DNA of 64,000 nucleotides, from the NCBI GenBank assembly GCA_963795085.1, contig CAWCFX010000001.1, positions 1,216,001 through 1,280,000 on the forward strand. The letters are read 5' to 3'. Under the pieces are notes generated by a model that had not been told where the DNA came from, did not search any database, and worked only from the letters and a program-made list of their open reading frames with translations. The first letter of the stretch is position 1; the number at the start of each line of letters is the position of its first letter. This stretch comes from an uncultured Gemmatimonadales bacterium. Lineage in GTDB: Bacteria; Gemmatimonadota; Gemmatimonadetes; Gemmatimonadales; GWC2-71-9. Of this stretch, positions 1 through 10,399 are shown piece by piece. The position numbers were made by a program, and so were the translations under genes.

Positions 1-1409
1 TCAGCGCCTGGTACAACGAAGTCATCATGCGGGCCGAACTGGCCGACTACAGCCCGGTGCGGGGCTGCATGGTCATCCGGCCCAATGGCTACGCCATCTG
101 GGAGCAGATGACGCGCGCCCTGGACGACATGTTCAAGGAGACCGGCCACCAGAACGCCTATTTCCCGCTCTTCATTCCCCAGAGTTTCCTGGCCCGCGAG
201 GCGGAACACGTCGAGGGATTTGCCCCGGAGACCGCGGTGGTGACCATCGGCGGCGGCAAGGAGCTGGAGGAGCCGCTGGTGGTGCGGCCCACCTCGGAGA
301 CCATCATCTATTCGATGTTCGCCAAGTGGATCCAGAGTTACCGTCAGCTGCCGCTGCTCATCAACCAGTGGGCCAACGTCGTGCGCTGGGAGCTGCGGAC
401 CCGGCTCTTTCTCCGCACGACGGAGTTCCTCTGGCAGGAGGGGCACACCGCCCATGCCACCGAGGCTGAGGCCGAGGCGGAGACAGTACAGATGCTCAAC
501 GTGTATCGCCGCTTCATGGAAGAGTGGATCGCCATGCCGGTGATAACCGGGCGGAAGACCGACAGCGAACGGTTCGCGGGGGCGCTGCGCACGTATGGAC
601 TGGAAGCCCTGATGCAGGACAACAAGGCGCTGCAGGCCGGCACCAGCCACAACCTGGGCCAGAACTTTGCCCGGGCCTTCGATGTGCGGTTCCAGACCGA
701 AGCCGGCGGCCTGGACTACGTGTGGAACACTTCGTGGGGCGTCTCCACCCGGCTCGTCGGCGGGCTGATCATGACCCACAGCGACGATGCCGGGCTGGTC
801 TGTCCGCCCCGGCTGGCCCAGTACCAGGTGATCATCGTGCCGATCTACAGGAAGGACGAGGAACGGGCCGCGGTGCTGGAGGCCGCCGGCGGGCTCCTCC
901 GGGAATTGCGGGAAGGAGGCATCCGGTGTCACCTGGATGCGCGGGAGGGCATGACCCCCGGCGCCAAGTACTACGAGTGGGAAGGCCGGGGCGCGCCCTT
1001 CCGGCTGGAACTGGGGCCCCGGGATATCGCGTCGGGCAGCGCCATGCTGGCGCGCCGCACCGGCGGCAAGAAGGAACCGGTTCCCCTGGCCGGGATCGTG
1101 GAGCGGATGCGCGGGGAAGCGGAGACCATGCAGCGGGCCCTGCTGGACGCGGCCCGGGCGCGGCGCGAGGCGGCCAGCATTCGCGGCGCCACCAGGGACC
1201 AGTTCGTGGCCCACCTCGCGGGGCCCGGCGGATTCATTTACGGCGGGTGGTGCGGGAACGCGGCGTGTGAAGCCGACATCAAGGAGCAGACCAGGGCGAC
1301 CATCCGGGTCCTCCCCGACGAGGAGTTCCGGTCTGCCGAGGTGCCGGCCCGGTGCATGTGGTGCGGATCCGCCAGCGTGGCCGAAGCGCTCTGGGCGAGG
1401 GCCTACTGA
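1..1409 (+). CDS. proS: Proline--tRNA ligase, archaeal/eukaryotic type (5' end lies outside the window)
   Basis: Motifs RPTSET, NQWANVVRWE, LFLRTTEFLWQEGHT, QAGTSHNLGQNF, SWGVSTR and a C-terminal Cys cluster. The frame is open from the window edge (SAWYNEVIMRAE). Confidence 0.97.
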   Translation, partial: SAWYNEVIMRAELADYSPVRGCMVIRPNGYAIWEQMTRALDDMFKETGHQNAYFPLFIPQSFLAREAEHVEGFAPETAVVTIGGGKELEEPLVVRPTSETIIYSMFAKWIQSYRQLPLLINQWANVVRWELRTRLFLRTTEFLWQEGHTAHATEAEAEAETVQMLNVYRRFMEEWIAMPVITGRKTDSERFAGALRTYGLEALMQDNKALQAGTSHNLGQNFARAFDVRFQTEAGGLDYVWNTSWGVSTRLVGGLIMTHSDDAGLVCPPRLAQYQVIIVPIYRKDEERAAVLEAAGGLLRELREGGIRCHLDAREGMTPGAKYYEWEGRGAPFRLELGPRDIASGSAMLARRTGGKKEPVPLAGIVERMRGEAETMQRALLDAARARREAASIRGATRDQFVAHLAGPGGFIYGGWCGNAACEADIKEQTRATIRVLPDEEFRSAEVPARCMWCGSASVAEALWARAY

Positions 1410-2734
1410 TGGCGGCCCGCGCGGAGAAAAAGAACGGCGGGACGCCGGTCGATCTCGAGGTCCTGCTGAAGGATGCGGGGCTCGTGAAAAGCTCGGCGGG
1501 CCTGCGCATGGGGAACGTCAAGCTCAGCCGGATCGCCGAGTCGGCGGGCACGCCGGTGTATGTCTATAACGCCGAGGTCATCCGGCAGCAGTATCGGGCG
1601 CTGGACGAGGCCTTCGCCACCATCTCCCACCAGATCGCCTACGCCATCAAGGCCAACAGCAACCTGGCCGTTCTCCGGGTGCTGCGTGACCTGGGCGCCG
1701 GCGCCGACATCGTCTCGGGCGGCGAGCTGCGGCGCGCGCTCCATGTCGGGTTCCCCCCCGAACGGATCGTGTTCAGCGGCGTCGGGAAGACCGGGGCCGA
1801 ACTGGAGGCCGCGGTCAAGGCCGGCGTGGGCCACGTGCACCTCGAATCGGTCGAGGAGATGGCGGAACTGGGCGCGGTGGCCGGGTCGCGGCAGCGGAAA
1901 ATGCAGGTGGGGATCCGGGTCAACCCGGACGTGACCGCGAACACCCATCCGTTCATTGCGACCGGGCAGGGCGGCATCAAGTTCGGGGTGCCCTTCGACC
2001 AGGTGCTGGAGCTGGCGGCGGCGGTGCACAAGCATCCGTGGCTGGAGCTGGATACCATCGCCATGCATCTGGGCAGCCAGCTGCTCGACCCGGCGCCCTA
2101 CCGGGAAGGGGTGGAGAAGCTGCTGGGCCTCGTGGTCCGGATCCGGGCGGCGGGTATTACGACGCTGCGGTCGCTGGATATCGGCGGCGGGCTGGGCATC
2201 CGCTATGAAAACGAAGTGCCGATGGATCCCCAGCTGGTCGCCGCGGCGGTCGAGCCCCTGGTCAAAGGCAGCGGGCTCACCCTGGTCCTGGAACCGGGCC
2301 GGTTCCTGGTCGGCAGCGCCGGCATTCTTCTCACCACGGTGCTCTCTCGCAAGCATGCCGGCGGCAAGGACCTGGTGATCGTGGATGCCGGGATGAACGA
2401 CCTGGTCCGCCCCAGCCATTACGGCGCGTATCACGCCATCACCGAGGTGGTGGAGCGGGGCCGCCCGCCCCTTCGCATGGACGTGGTGGGGCCGGTCTGC
2501 GAGACCGGCGACTTCCTGGCGCTGGACCGGGAGCTGCCGGGCCTGGCGCGGGGCGACCTGCTCGCGGTGCTGGGAGCGGGGGCCTACGGCTTCGTCATGA
2601 GCAGCACCTACAACACCCGGCCCCGTCCCGCCGAAGTGCTGGTGGAGGGCAACCGCTGGGGCGTGGTGCGGCCCCGGATCAGCGAGGACGAGATCTTCGA
2701 GAAGGAAACCGCCGAACCCAAATGGGAGGGGTAG
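1409..2734 (+). CDS. lysA: Diaminopimelate decarboxylase
   Basis: PLP lysine motif YAIKAN, plus [22 protein letters not shown] and GAYG. The ATG overlaps the proS stop (TGATG). Confidence 0.96.
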   Translation: MAARAEKKNGGTPVDLEVLLKDAGLVKSSAGLRMGNVKLSRIAESAGTPVYVYNAEVIRQQYRALDEAFATISHQIAYAIKANSNLAVLRVLRDLGAGADIVSGGELRRALHVGFPPERIVFSGVGKTGAELEAAVKAGVGHVHLESVEEMAELGAVAGSRQRKMQVGIRVNPDVTANTHPFIATGQGGIKFGVPFDQVLELAAAVHKHPWLELDTIAMHLGSQLLDPAPYREGVEKLLGLVVRIRAAGITTLRSLDIGGGLGIRYENEVPMDPQLVAAAVEPLVKGSGLTLVLEPGRFLVGSAGILLTTVLSRKHAGGKDLVIVDAGMNDLVRPSHYGAYHAITEVVERGRPPLRMDVVGPVCETGDFLALDRELPGLARGDLLAVLGAGAYGFVMSSTYNTRPRPAEVLVEGNRWGVVRPRISEDEIFEKETAEPKWEG

Positions 2735-2736
2735 CC

Positions 2737-4290
2737 TTGGCAGCGTCGCAGAACGGCATCCTGATCATCGACTTCGGCTCCCAGTTCACCCAGCTCATCG
2801 CCCGCCGGGTCCGCGAGGCCCACGTGTACTGCGAGATTCACCCGCCCACCCGTACGCTGGACTGGATCCGGGAGTGGAACCCCCGGGGGATCATTCTGTC
2901 GGGCGGCCCCAACTCGGTCTATGGCGAGAACGTGCCCACCGCCGATCCCGGCCTCCTCGAGCTGGCGACACCGGTCCTGGGCCTCTGTTACGGGATGCAG
3001 GTCATGGCCCAGCTGGCCGGGGGGCGGGTGGTGCGGGCCGACCGGCGGGAGTATGGCCGCGCGTTGCTGGAAGTGAAGGGGGGCCGGCTCTTCCAGGGTT
3101 TCGAGCCGGGGGAGGAAACCCCGGTGTGGATGAGCCACGGCGACCACGTGGACCAGGCGCCGCCGGGATACACGGTCACCGCGTCCAGCGCCAACAGTCC
3201 GGTCGCGGCGCTCGAGCACCAGTCCCGCCCGCTCCATGCCCTCCAGTTCCACCCCGAGGTGGCCCACACCCCGCGGGGCGGCGAGATCATCCAGAACTTC
3301 CTGTTCTCCGTGTGCGGCTGTACCCCGGACTGGACACCCGGGCACTTCATCGAGGCGGAGATCGCGAGGATCCGGGGGCTGGTGGGAGACCGCCGGGTGA
3401 TCTGCGGCCTCTCCGGGGGGGTGGATTCTTCGGTCGCGGCGGCACTGGTGCATCGGGCCATCGGGGACCAGCTCACCTGTATCTTCGTGGACCATGGCCT
3501 CCTGCGACTCCACGAGCGGAGCCAGGTGGAGACAACCTTCCGCCGGCACCTGGGCATCGACCTGCGCACCGCCGATGCCGCCGACCGCTTCCTGGACCGG
3601 CTCGCCGGCGTCACCGACCCGGAAGAGAAGCGCCGCCGGATTGGCCACACCTTCATCGACGTGTTCGAAGCGGAAGCGCGCCAAGTGGGCGATGACGTTG
3701 GCTTCCTGGTCCAGGGCACGCTTTACCCCGACGTGATCGAGTCCATCAGCCCGCTGGGCGGCCCCTCGGTGACCATCAAGACCCACCACAACGTCGGGGG
3801 ACTCCCCGAGCGGCTGCCGTTCACGCTGATTGAGCCGCTGCGGGAACTGTTCAAGGACGAGGTTCGCCAGGTAGGCCGGGAACTGGGCCTGCCGGAGGAG
3901 ATGGTCGGCCGGCATCCCTTCCCGGGCCCCGGCCTGGCAATTCGGATCCTGGGCGAGGTGAGCCGGCCCAACCTGGAGATCCTCCGCAAGGCGGACAACA
4001 TCTACATCGAGGAGATCCGGGCGGCCAATCTCTACGACGAGATCTGGCAGGCCTTCGCGGTGCTGCTGCCGGTCCGGTCGGTCGGGGTCGTGGGGGACGA
4101 CCGCAGCTACGACCAGGTGGTGGCGCTGCGCGCCGTCACCAGCCGCGATGGCATGACGGCCGACTGGTACCCGTTCCCGCCCGAGGTGCTGGCCCACATT
4201 TCCAACCGGATCGCCAACGAGGTGGACGGGGTCAACCGGGTGGTGTACGACATCAGTTCCAAGCCACCGGCCACGATCGAGTGGGAGTGA
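2737..4290 (+). CDS. guaA: GMP synthase (glutamine-hydrolysing)
   Basis: Motifs [33 protein letters not shown] and the KPPATIEWE terminus. TTG start at 2737 follows a GGGAGG RBS. Confidence 0.97.
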   Translation: MAASQNGILIIDFGSQFTQLIARRVREAHVYCEIHPPTRTLDWIREWNPRGIILSGGPNSVYGENVPTADPGLLELATPVLGLCYGMQVMAQLAGGRVVRADRREYGRALLEVKGGRLFQGFEPGEETPVWMSHGDHVDQAPPGYTVTASSANSPVAALEHQSRPLHALQFHPEVAHTPRGGEIIQNFLFSVCGCTPDWTPGHFIEAEIARIRGLVGDRRVICGLSGGVDSSVAAALVHRAIGDQLTCIFVDHGLLRLHERSQVETTFRRHLGIDLRTADAADRFLDRLAGVTDPEEKRRRIGHTFIDVFEAEARQVGDDVGFLVQGTLYPDVIESISPLGGPSVTIKTHHNVGGLPERLPFTLIEPLRELFKDEVRQVGRELGLPEEMVGRHPFPGPGLAIRILGEVSRPNLEILRKADNIYIEEIRAANLYDEIWQAFAVLLPVRSVGVVGDDRSYDQVVALRAVTSRDGMTADWYPFPPEVLAHISNRIANEVDGVNRVVYDISSKPPATIEWE

Positions 4291-4293
4291 GAG

Positions 4294-4357
4294 AGAGTGC
4301 AGAGTACAGAGTACAGAGTACAGAGTGCAGAGTACAGAGTAGCAGAGTGCAGAGTAA
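4294..4357 (+). repeat. Tandem heptamer repeat AGAGTRC, about 9 copies
   Basis: Read directly after the guaA stop: agagtgc agagtac agagtac agagtac agagtgc agagtac agagtagc agagtgc agagtaa. Confidence 0.95.
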
Positions 4358-4482
4358 AGATTTAAAAGTCTCAGTCGGCGGTCTGCTATTGCCAAACTGA
4401 AGTCTGGAAATCCCCAACCTGTTGGCCGGCAATCACTGTCCGGCTCTCTGCTATTTCCGCCTGCCGTTGTACATTAATCCCC

Positions 4483-5808
4483 ATGCGTATCTCCACCTCG
4501 GCATCCGCCATGGATTCGGCTTCGCTCGCCGATGCCTGGCCGATTCTCACGCCGGAAGAACGAATGGAGGGATTCAACCTGCTGGGACGGGTTGATGCCG
4601 AGGCATTCTTCCTGAGCCTGGGTGCGCGCGAGCAGGTGCAGATCCTGGAGCAACTGCATCCCGCGGAGCGGCGCAGCTGGATGCGGCTCCTGGCCCCTGA
4701 CGACGCCGCCGACGTGCTCCAGGAAGCGCCCGACGACCTCCGCATCGCGCTGTTTACCCTCCTCGATTCCCCTGCCCGGCTGGAAGTCAGCGCCCTGATG
4801 GCGTACGAGGAAGACGACGCCGGCGGCCTGATGAACCCCCGCTACCTCCGGGTGCGGCCGGACATGACCGTGGACGAAGCGCTCCTCTACATCCGGAAAC
4901 AGGCGGTGCAGGGGATCCAGTTGGTGAACTACGCCTACGCGCTGGACGCCCAGTCCCGGTTGCTCGGCGTGGTCTCCTCCCGCGAGCTCTTCGTTTCCCC
5001 GGCGGACAAGCTGGTCCGGGACATCATGAAGGCGGACCTCCTCACGGTGTCTGAAGACACCGACCAGGAGGCCGTCGCCAACCTGCTGGCGGAGCACGAC
5101 CTGATCTCGATTCCCGTGGTGGACGTGGAAGGGCGGATGAAGGGCATCATCACGGTGGACGACATCGTGGACGTGCTGGAAGAGGAGGCGACCGAGGACA
5201 TCCAGAAGATGGGCGGCACCGAGGCGCTGGACGCGCCGTACCTCGAGGTCGGATTCTTCACGATGATCCGGAAGCGGGGAGGCTGGCTGGCGATTCTTTT
5301 CGTGGGGGAGATGCTCACCGCCAGCGCCATGGCCTACTTCGAACACGAAATCGCCAAAGCCCTGGTCCTCATGCTGTTCGTCCCCCTCATCATCAGCAGC
5401 GGCGGCAACTCGGGCTCCCAGGCGACTACCCTGGTCATCCGGGCCATGGCCCTGGGCGAGGTGCGGCTCCGTGACTGGTGGCGGGTGGTGCGGCGCGAGG
5501 TGCCCGCCGGCCTGGTCCTGGGGACGCTGCTGGGAGCGATCGGCATCCTGCGGATCGTGCTGGTCGAACAGGTCTCGGGGGCCTACGGGGAGCATTACCT
5601 GCTGGTCGCGCTGACGGTGGGCATCGCCCTGGTGGGCGTGGTGATGTTCGGAACCCTGGCGGGCTCGATGCTGCCCTTTCTCTTCAAGCGGCTCGGCTGG
5701 GACCCGGCCAGCGCTTCCGCCCCCTTCGTCGCGACGCTGGTGGACGTGACCGGCCTGGTCATCTACTTCTCGCTGGCGGCGGTGCTGCTCAAGGGAACGC
5801 TGTTGTGA
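4483..5808 (+). CDS. mgtE: Magnesium transporter MgtE
   Basis: N-terminal domain, CBS pair (AGGLM; GIITVDDIVDV), SGGNSGSQ and DPASASAPFVATLVDVTG. Confidence 0.95.
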   Translation: MRISTSASAMDSASLADAWPILTPEERMEGFNLLGRVDAEAFFLSLGAREQVQILEQLHPAERRSWMRLLAPDDAADVLQEAPDDLRIALFTLLDSPARLEVSALMAYEEDDAGGLMNPRYLRVRPDMTVDEALLYIRKQAVQGIQLVNYAYALDAQSRLLGVVSSRELFVSPADKLVRDIMKADLLTVSEDTDQEAVANLLAEHDLISIPVVDVEGRMKGIITVDDIVDVLEEEATEDIQKMGGTEALDAPYLEVGFFTMIRKRGGWLAILFVGEMLTASAMAYFEHEIAKALVLMLFVPLIISSGGNSGSQATTLVIRAMALGEVRLRDWWRVVRREVPAGLVLGTLLGAIGILRIVLVEQVSGAYGEHYLLVALTVGIALVGVVMFGTLAGSMLPFLFKRLGWDPASASAPFVATLVDVTGLVIYFSLAAVLLKGTLL

Positions 5809-5926
5809 TTGAAGGAATTGAGGGAATGGTGGAATTGAAGCAGGTCAAGTTCCCTCAATTCCCTCAATTCCCTCAATTCCCCCATTCCCTCAATTCCCTC
5901 AATTCCCTCAATTCCCTCAATTCCCT
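5809..5926. repeat. Nonamer repeat TTCCCTCAA (about 8 copies, 5850-5926) preceded by about 3 inverted copies (5809-5840)
   Basis: Read directly between the convergent mgtE and EIIA genes. Confidence 0.93.
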
Positions 5927-6377
5927 ACACTCCTTTCTCATCCAGCAGCGCCAGGAACTCCTCCGGGCTGCTGATCGCCATCAGCCGATCGGGCACATCG
6001 GGTTCCTTGACGAACTGGGCGATCTTGCCCAGCACCGGCAGGTACTGGTTGGAGACTTCCAGGGGCGGCGCCACGATCAGAATGAGGAAGTGAACGGGCC
6101 GATCGTCGATGCCCTGGTACTCCACGCCGGCACGGGTCCGGCCAAAAACCAGGCTGAGAGTATCCACGACCGGCGACCGGCAATGGGGAATCGCCACGCC
6201 GCGTCCGACCCCGGTCGATCCGAGGTTTTCCCTTCGCTTGGCGACTTTGAACAGGGCGGCATTAGCGTCATCGTCCAGGCCCAGGAGCCCGATCATTTCG
6301 GCGAGAATGTCGTCCTTGGTGGTTCCTTGCAGGGAAAGCTGGATGGAACCATCAGCGAAGAGCTCGCGGAGCCGCAT
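5925..6377 (-). CDS. PTS sugar/nitrogen-regulatory EIIA subunit (PTS_EIIA_2 family)
   Basis: RENLGSTGVGRGVAIPH phospho-His motif; 150 aa. Confidence 0.9.
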   Translation of the reverse strand: MRLRELFADGSIQLSLQGTTKDDILAEMIGLLGLDDDANAALFKVAKRRENLGSTGVGRGVAIPHCRSPVVDTLSLVFGRTRAGVEYQGIDDRPVHFLILIVAPPLEVSNQYLPVLGKIAQFVKEPDVPDRLMAISSPEEFLALLDEKGV

Positions 6378-7524
6378 CGGCAGTATCCTGGTGGAGCGCG
6401 GAAGGGGTCGCTGGGATGGGGGCGGAACCTAAACCTCCGGTGGAATCCGTGTCAATTTGCCGGGCGGCATCGGCCTGGCGGCAGCGCTGGTGCTGGCGCA
6501 CCAGGACCAGGCCGGCGAGGATCAGCCCGGCGGCCATAAACGCCACGTTCCTCGCGGCGAGCACCATCACTTCCCGCAGCAAATAGAATACCACCTGCAG
6601 CCACTGGCCGGTGCTTTCCGACATCTGGTAGCCGGGATCTACCTTCGCAATGGTTGTGAAGAGATCGATGTGCTGCCAGTAGTAGAATAGAGGCAGGTTG
6701 ATCAGCAGGAGGAAGGCGCCGGTAATCAGGAGCGGCGCCCCCAGCCGCGCGTAGAGCGCGGCGCGGTTGTTCCTGCTCAACAGGGCGATGCCGAGCAACA
6801 GACCTGGAAAGATCAGCGCGAGGCGCGCCCCGTCCTGGCCGAAGGCGAGGCTCTGGCGCACGAACCGGTGCGCCCTGGGGCCGAACGCGGGGCGGACCTG
6901 AACGGAATCCGGGGAATTGGCCTGGGCCGCGGTGAGCCGCGCCTGGACGGCCTGGAGGACCCCCTCCTGAACCATGCGGGGCGGGCGGCAGTGGGGCAGC
7001 TTCCGGAGTTGCTGCTCGGGCGTCGGCGCGCGGGCGCCGAACATTTTTCCCACGCTGCGCCAGGCGATCCCCAGGAACTGTCCCATCGAACACTCGGGCC
7101 GGCTGACCATCTTGCGCCGGAAGATGCGGAGCAGATTCTTCTGGAAGAGCGGAAACTCCTGTTCGGTCGAAATGGCGAAGGTAAAGACGCCGGGGGGGCC
7201 ATTCCGCCCGTTGGCGACGATCGACCGGTGAACTTCAAGGGACTTCCGTTTCAGGGCATCGGGCGTGAAACTGGTCTGGAGGAGAAAGTTGAGATCGCCC
7301 CGGTCCAGCTCCAGCACCGTGCCATCCAGGCTTCGAATGCCGCGTTCTTTTTCCAGCTCCACGATGATGCCCGGTACCGCCAGGGCGTAGAGCATCTCGG
7401 GGTCGAGCACCTGGTCGACCACCTCGGTCTGCTGCAGCAGGTACAGATAGTAAACGAAGGGGAACCCGGCCACGCCCACCAGGACAAACGCGACAGCGAG
7501 GAGCAGTGCCAGGTGGCGCTTCAT
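6352..7524 (-). CDS. Hypothetical membrane protein (390 aa; N-terminal anchor, large soluble domain, about 3 C-terminal TM helices)
   Basis: The coding-like part of ORF 6352..8559 starts at MKRHLALLL (ATG 7524) and has clear hydrophobic segments. Confidence 0.7.
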   Translation of the reverse strand: MKRHLALLLAVAFVLVGVAGFPFVYYLYLLQQTEVVDQVLDPEMLYALAVPGIIVELEKERGIRSLDGTVLELDRGDLNFLLQTSFTPDALKRKSLEVHRSIVANGRNGPPGVFTFAISTEQEFPLFQKNLLRIFRRKMVSRPECSMGQFLGIAWRSVGKMFGARAPTPEQQLRKLPHCRPPRMVQEGVLQAVQARLTAAQANSPDSVQVRPAFGPRAHRFVRQSLAFGQDGARLALIFPGLLLGIALLSRNNRAALYARLGAPLLITGAFLLLINLPLFYYWQHIDLFTTIAKVDPGYQMSESTGQWLQVVFYLLREVMVLAARNVAFMAAGLILAGLVLVRQHQRCRQADAARQIDTDSTGGLGSAPIPATPSALHQDTADAAPRALR

Positions 7525-7704
7525 GTGAGGCCCGGGGGTCAAAAGCTGGTCGGTTGGCCGGCCGGCCGGGACCATTCCCAAGGCTCGCCGTCCGTCGTCC
7601 CAACCGTCTGTCCTCAAAAGTAGGTGTGGGGGTGCGGGGGTGAGGTGACGGCGCTTACGCGCCGCTCCATTGCCGCCTCCGGGATTCCCAAGTATTTTCC
7701 CGGC

Positions 7705-8688
7705 ATGCACTTGCCCTATTGGACCGGCGCCGAATGCCCACTGATCCTGGCCCCCATGGCCGGGGTCTCGGAGGCGCCGTTCCGGCAGATCTGCCGTCGG
7801 CTGGGTGCCGATGTGCTGATGACCGAGTTCCTGAGCGCCGAGGCCATCCGGCGGGGCATCCGGCGCACCCTCGAGGGCGCCGAGTTCGAGCCGGTGGAGC
7901 GGCCGATCGGGGTCCAGATCTACGGCGCCGACCCCGATGCCATGGAACGGGCCGCTGCCATCGTGACCGAGGCCTACCAGCCAGAGTTTGTGGACATCAA
8001 TTTCGGCTGCCCTGTCAAGAAGGTCGTCCAGCGCAATGGAGGGTCGGGCTGTCTCCGCGACCTCGACCTGGTCGAGACGATCATCCGCCGGTGCGCCGCC
8101 GCGACACCGCTTCCCATCACCGTGAAGACCCGGAGCGGCTGGAGTGAAACCACCCGGGATCCGGTGGGTATCGCGCTGCGGATGCAGGACGCCGGCGCGC
8201 GGGCGTTCACCCTGCACGCCCGCACCCGCACCCAGATGTTCAGCGGGAAGGCCGACTGGGACGAGATCGCCCGGGTGGTGGAGGCGCTCTCGATTCCGGT
8301 CATCGGCAACGGCGACATCCACACCGGTGACGACGTGGTCCGGATGCAGCGGCATACCCGGTGTGCGGCGGTGATGATCGGGCGGGGCGCCTTCGGCAAC
8401 CCGTGGATTTTCCGCGATGCCCGCGCCCGGCTTGCCGGCCAGGCACCTCCGCCGGCACCGGATGCCGCCGAGCGGTTTTCCGTGGCGTTGGAGCACGCCC
8501 GGCTGGCGCTCCGCCTCCAGGGCGACACCCGCAAGACCGTCATGGAGTTTCGAAAGCATCTCGGCTGGTACACTCGGGGGCTTCCTGGGTCATCGGCACT
8601 CCGGGAACGGCTGTTCCAGGTGGAGTCGATGGCGGAGGCCGAGTCGATTTTCCTGGACTACCTCGAGCCGGTCGCGCAGGTGGCGTGA
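7705..8688 (+). CDS. dusB: tRNA-dihydrouridine synthase B
   Basis: Motifs LAPMAG, DINFGCP, LHARTR, IGNGDI and MIGRG. Confidence 0.93.
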   Translation: MHLPYWTGAECPLILAPMAGVSEAPFRQICRRLGADVLMTEFLSAEAIRRGIRRTLEGAEFEPVERPIGVQIYGADPDAMERAAAIVTEAYQPEFVDINFGCPVKKVVQRNGGSGCLRDLDLVETIIRRCAAATPLPITVKTRSGWSETTRDPVGIALRMQDAGARAFTLHARTRTQMFSGKADWDEIARVVEALSIPVIGNGDIHTGDDVVRMQRHTRCAAVMIGRGAFGNPWIFRDARARLAGQAPPPAPDAAERFSVALEHARLALRLQGDTRKTVMEFRKHLGWYTRGLPGSSALRERLFQVESMAEAESIFLDYLEPVAQVA

Positions 8689-9479
8689 ACCGGACCCAGC
8701 TGGAATCCCTGCTCGCGGAGGTCGCCGCCGGCCGCCTCGATCCCGCGGCCGCGCTTGCCCGCCTCTCGCGCTTCCCCACCGAGGACCTCTCCTTCGCGCG
8801 GCTGGACCACCACCGGGCCCTGCGGCAGGGGTTGCCGGAGGTCGTCTTCTGCGCCGGCAAGACGATCGACCAGGTGGTGGCGATCTGCGAGGGGCTGGCC
8901 CGGCAGGGCGGAGGCTTCCTGGGCACCCGGGCGACGCCCGAGCAGGCGGCCGCGCTGGCGGCCCGATTTCCCGGCTGCCGGCACAACGCGCTGGCCCGGA
9001 CGGTGGTCTCACCCGCAGAGCGGGAACCGGTCGTTTCGGCCGGCCCGCTGCTGGTGGTGTCGGCGGGGACCAGCGATCTCCCGGTGTCGGAGGAGGCGGT
9101 GGAAGTGGCCCTCGCCGCGGGCCTCCGGGTCGAGCGGCTCACCGATGTCGGCGTGGCCGGCCTGCACCGGCTGCTCGGCGCCGGCGACACGCTTTACCGG
9201 GCCCGCGTGATCATCGTGGTCGCCGGCATGGAGGGCGCGCTGCCCAGCGTGGTGGGCGGCCTGGTGCCGGTGCCGGTCATCGCAGTGCCGACCAGCGTGG
9301 GGTACGGCGCGTCGTTCGGGGGCCTGGCGGCGTTGCTGGGGATGCTCAATTCCTGCGCGGCCGGAGTGACCGTGATGAACATCGACAACGGGTTCGGCGC
9401 GGCAGTCGCCGCGTTCCGGATCCTCGCGGCGGACGGGGGCCCGATCTCCCCCAAGAGCCGGGCTAGCGGCGTCGCATGA
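8685..9479 (+). CDS. larB: Nickel-pincer cofactor biosynthesis protein LarB (PurE-like)
   Basis: Motifs RLDHHR..G.PEVV, AGTSDLPV, DVGVAG, AGMEGALPSV, PTSVGYG, MLNSC and NIDNGFGA. The GTG overlaps the dusB stop. Confidence 0.92.
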   Translation: MNRTQLESLLAEVAAGRLDPAAALARLSRFPTEDLSFARLDHHRALRQGLPEVVFCAGKTIDQVVAICEGLARQGGGFLGTRATPEQAAALAARFPGCRHNALARTVVSPAEREPVVSAGPLLVVSAGTSDLPVSEEAVEVALAAGLRVERLTDVGVAGLHRLLGAGDTLYRARVIIVVAGMEGALPSVVGGLVPVPVIAVPTSVGYGASFGGLAALLGMLNSCAAGVTVMNIDNGFGAAVAAFRILAADGGPISPKSRASGVA

Positions 9480-10399
9480 TCACCACCGTGCTCACTTCCC
9501 GGTCGGGGTTCACCTGGCTCGACGTGGTCCACCCCTCGGAAGAGGAGCTGGACCAGCTGGCCTCGACCTACGGGCTCCACGCCACCGCCGTCAAGGATTG
9601 TCTCGACCCCGAGCACCTGCCCAAGTACGAGCGCTACGAAGAGCTGACGTTCATCATCATGCGGGCTTTCGACGAGGAGAGCGTCCCGTCCGCGGAGACC
9701 ATCCAGCAGATCACCCGGAAAGTCGCGGTGTTCTATACCGAGAAGTACATCATCACGATTCACCGCCGGGACCAGGCGTTCTTCGCGCGGCTCCGGGAGG
9801 AGCACCTCCAGCGGGCCCGGAAGCGCGAGGTCCGGCTGTCCTATGTCCTGACCGACCTGGTCAACGCCGTGGTGACGACCTACGAGAAACCCCTGGACGA
9901 GGCGGAGCACGCCATCGAGGAGTTCGAAGATTCCCTGTTCGATTCCAGCCGGGCCAGCCCCCCGCTGCAACGGATTCACATTCTGAAGCGCCGGGTCAAC
10001 CTCATGAAGCGGCTCCTGTGGCAGACGCTGGGGGTGATTCACAAGATGAAACCGCCCTTCGAGCGCAACGCCCCGCTGTTTCAGGACGCCGGAGAAAACG
10101 CCGAAAGCTATCATTTCTATGCCGACGAGCTGCTGGAGGAAGTCAACAACCTGCTCAGCATCCACCTCTCCATGGCATCCCACCGGACCAACGAGGTCAT
10201 GCGGGTCCTGACCGTGTTCTCGGCCTTCTTCCTGCCGCTCACGTTTATCGTGGGCATCTACGGGATGAACTTCGACATGATGCCGGAACTGCGTTCGGCC
10301 TACGGGTATCCCGCCGTGCTGCTCCTGATGCTGGGGGTCAGCACCGCCATCTTCGTCTGGTTCCGCCGGCGCGGCTGGCTCCGGCGGCCGCCTTCATGA
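9476..10399 (+). CDS. CorA-family Mg/Co/Ni transporter
   Basis: HLPKYE motif, TNEVMRVLT, YGMNF signature and two C-terminal TM helices. Confidence 0.9.
   Translation: MITTVLTSRSGFTWLDVVHPSEEELDQLASTYGLHATAVKDCLDPEHLPKYERYEELTFIIMRAFDEESVPSAETIQQITRKVAVFYTEKYIITIHRRDQAFFARLREEHLQRARKREVRLSYVLTDLVNAVVTTYEKPLDEAEHAIEEFEDSLFDSSRASPPLQRIHILKRRVNLMKRLLWQTLGVIHKMKPPFERNAPLFQDAGENAESYHFYADELLEEVNNLLSIHLSMASHRTNEVMRVLTVFSAFFLPLTFIVGIYGMNFDMMPELRSAYGYPAVLLLMLGVSTAIFVWFRRRGWLRRPPS

Noticed and set aside
4358..4482. M-box (Mg2+) riboswitch upstream of mgtE; likewise riboswitches upstream of corA (35039-35177), purE and the APC-USP gene (43593-43749)
   Set aside because: I could not recognise the conserved cores of M-box, ydaO/c-di-AMP or purine riboswitches by eye. 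An Rfam scan would be needed to exclude them fully.
8685..9479. Second purE copy
   Set aside because: The motifs (PTSVGYG, NIDNGFGA, N-terminal DHHR) identify LarB. The true purE is at 16759-17247.
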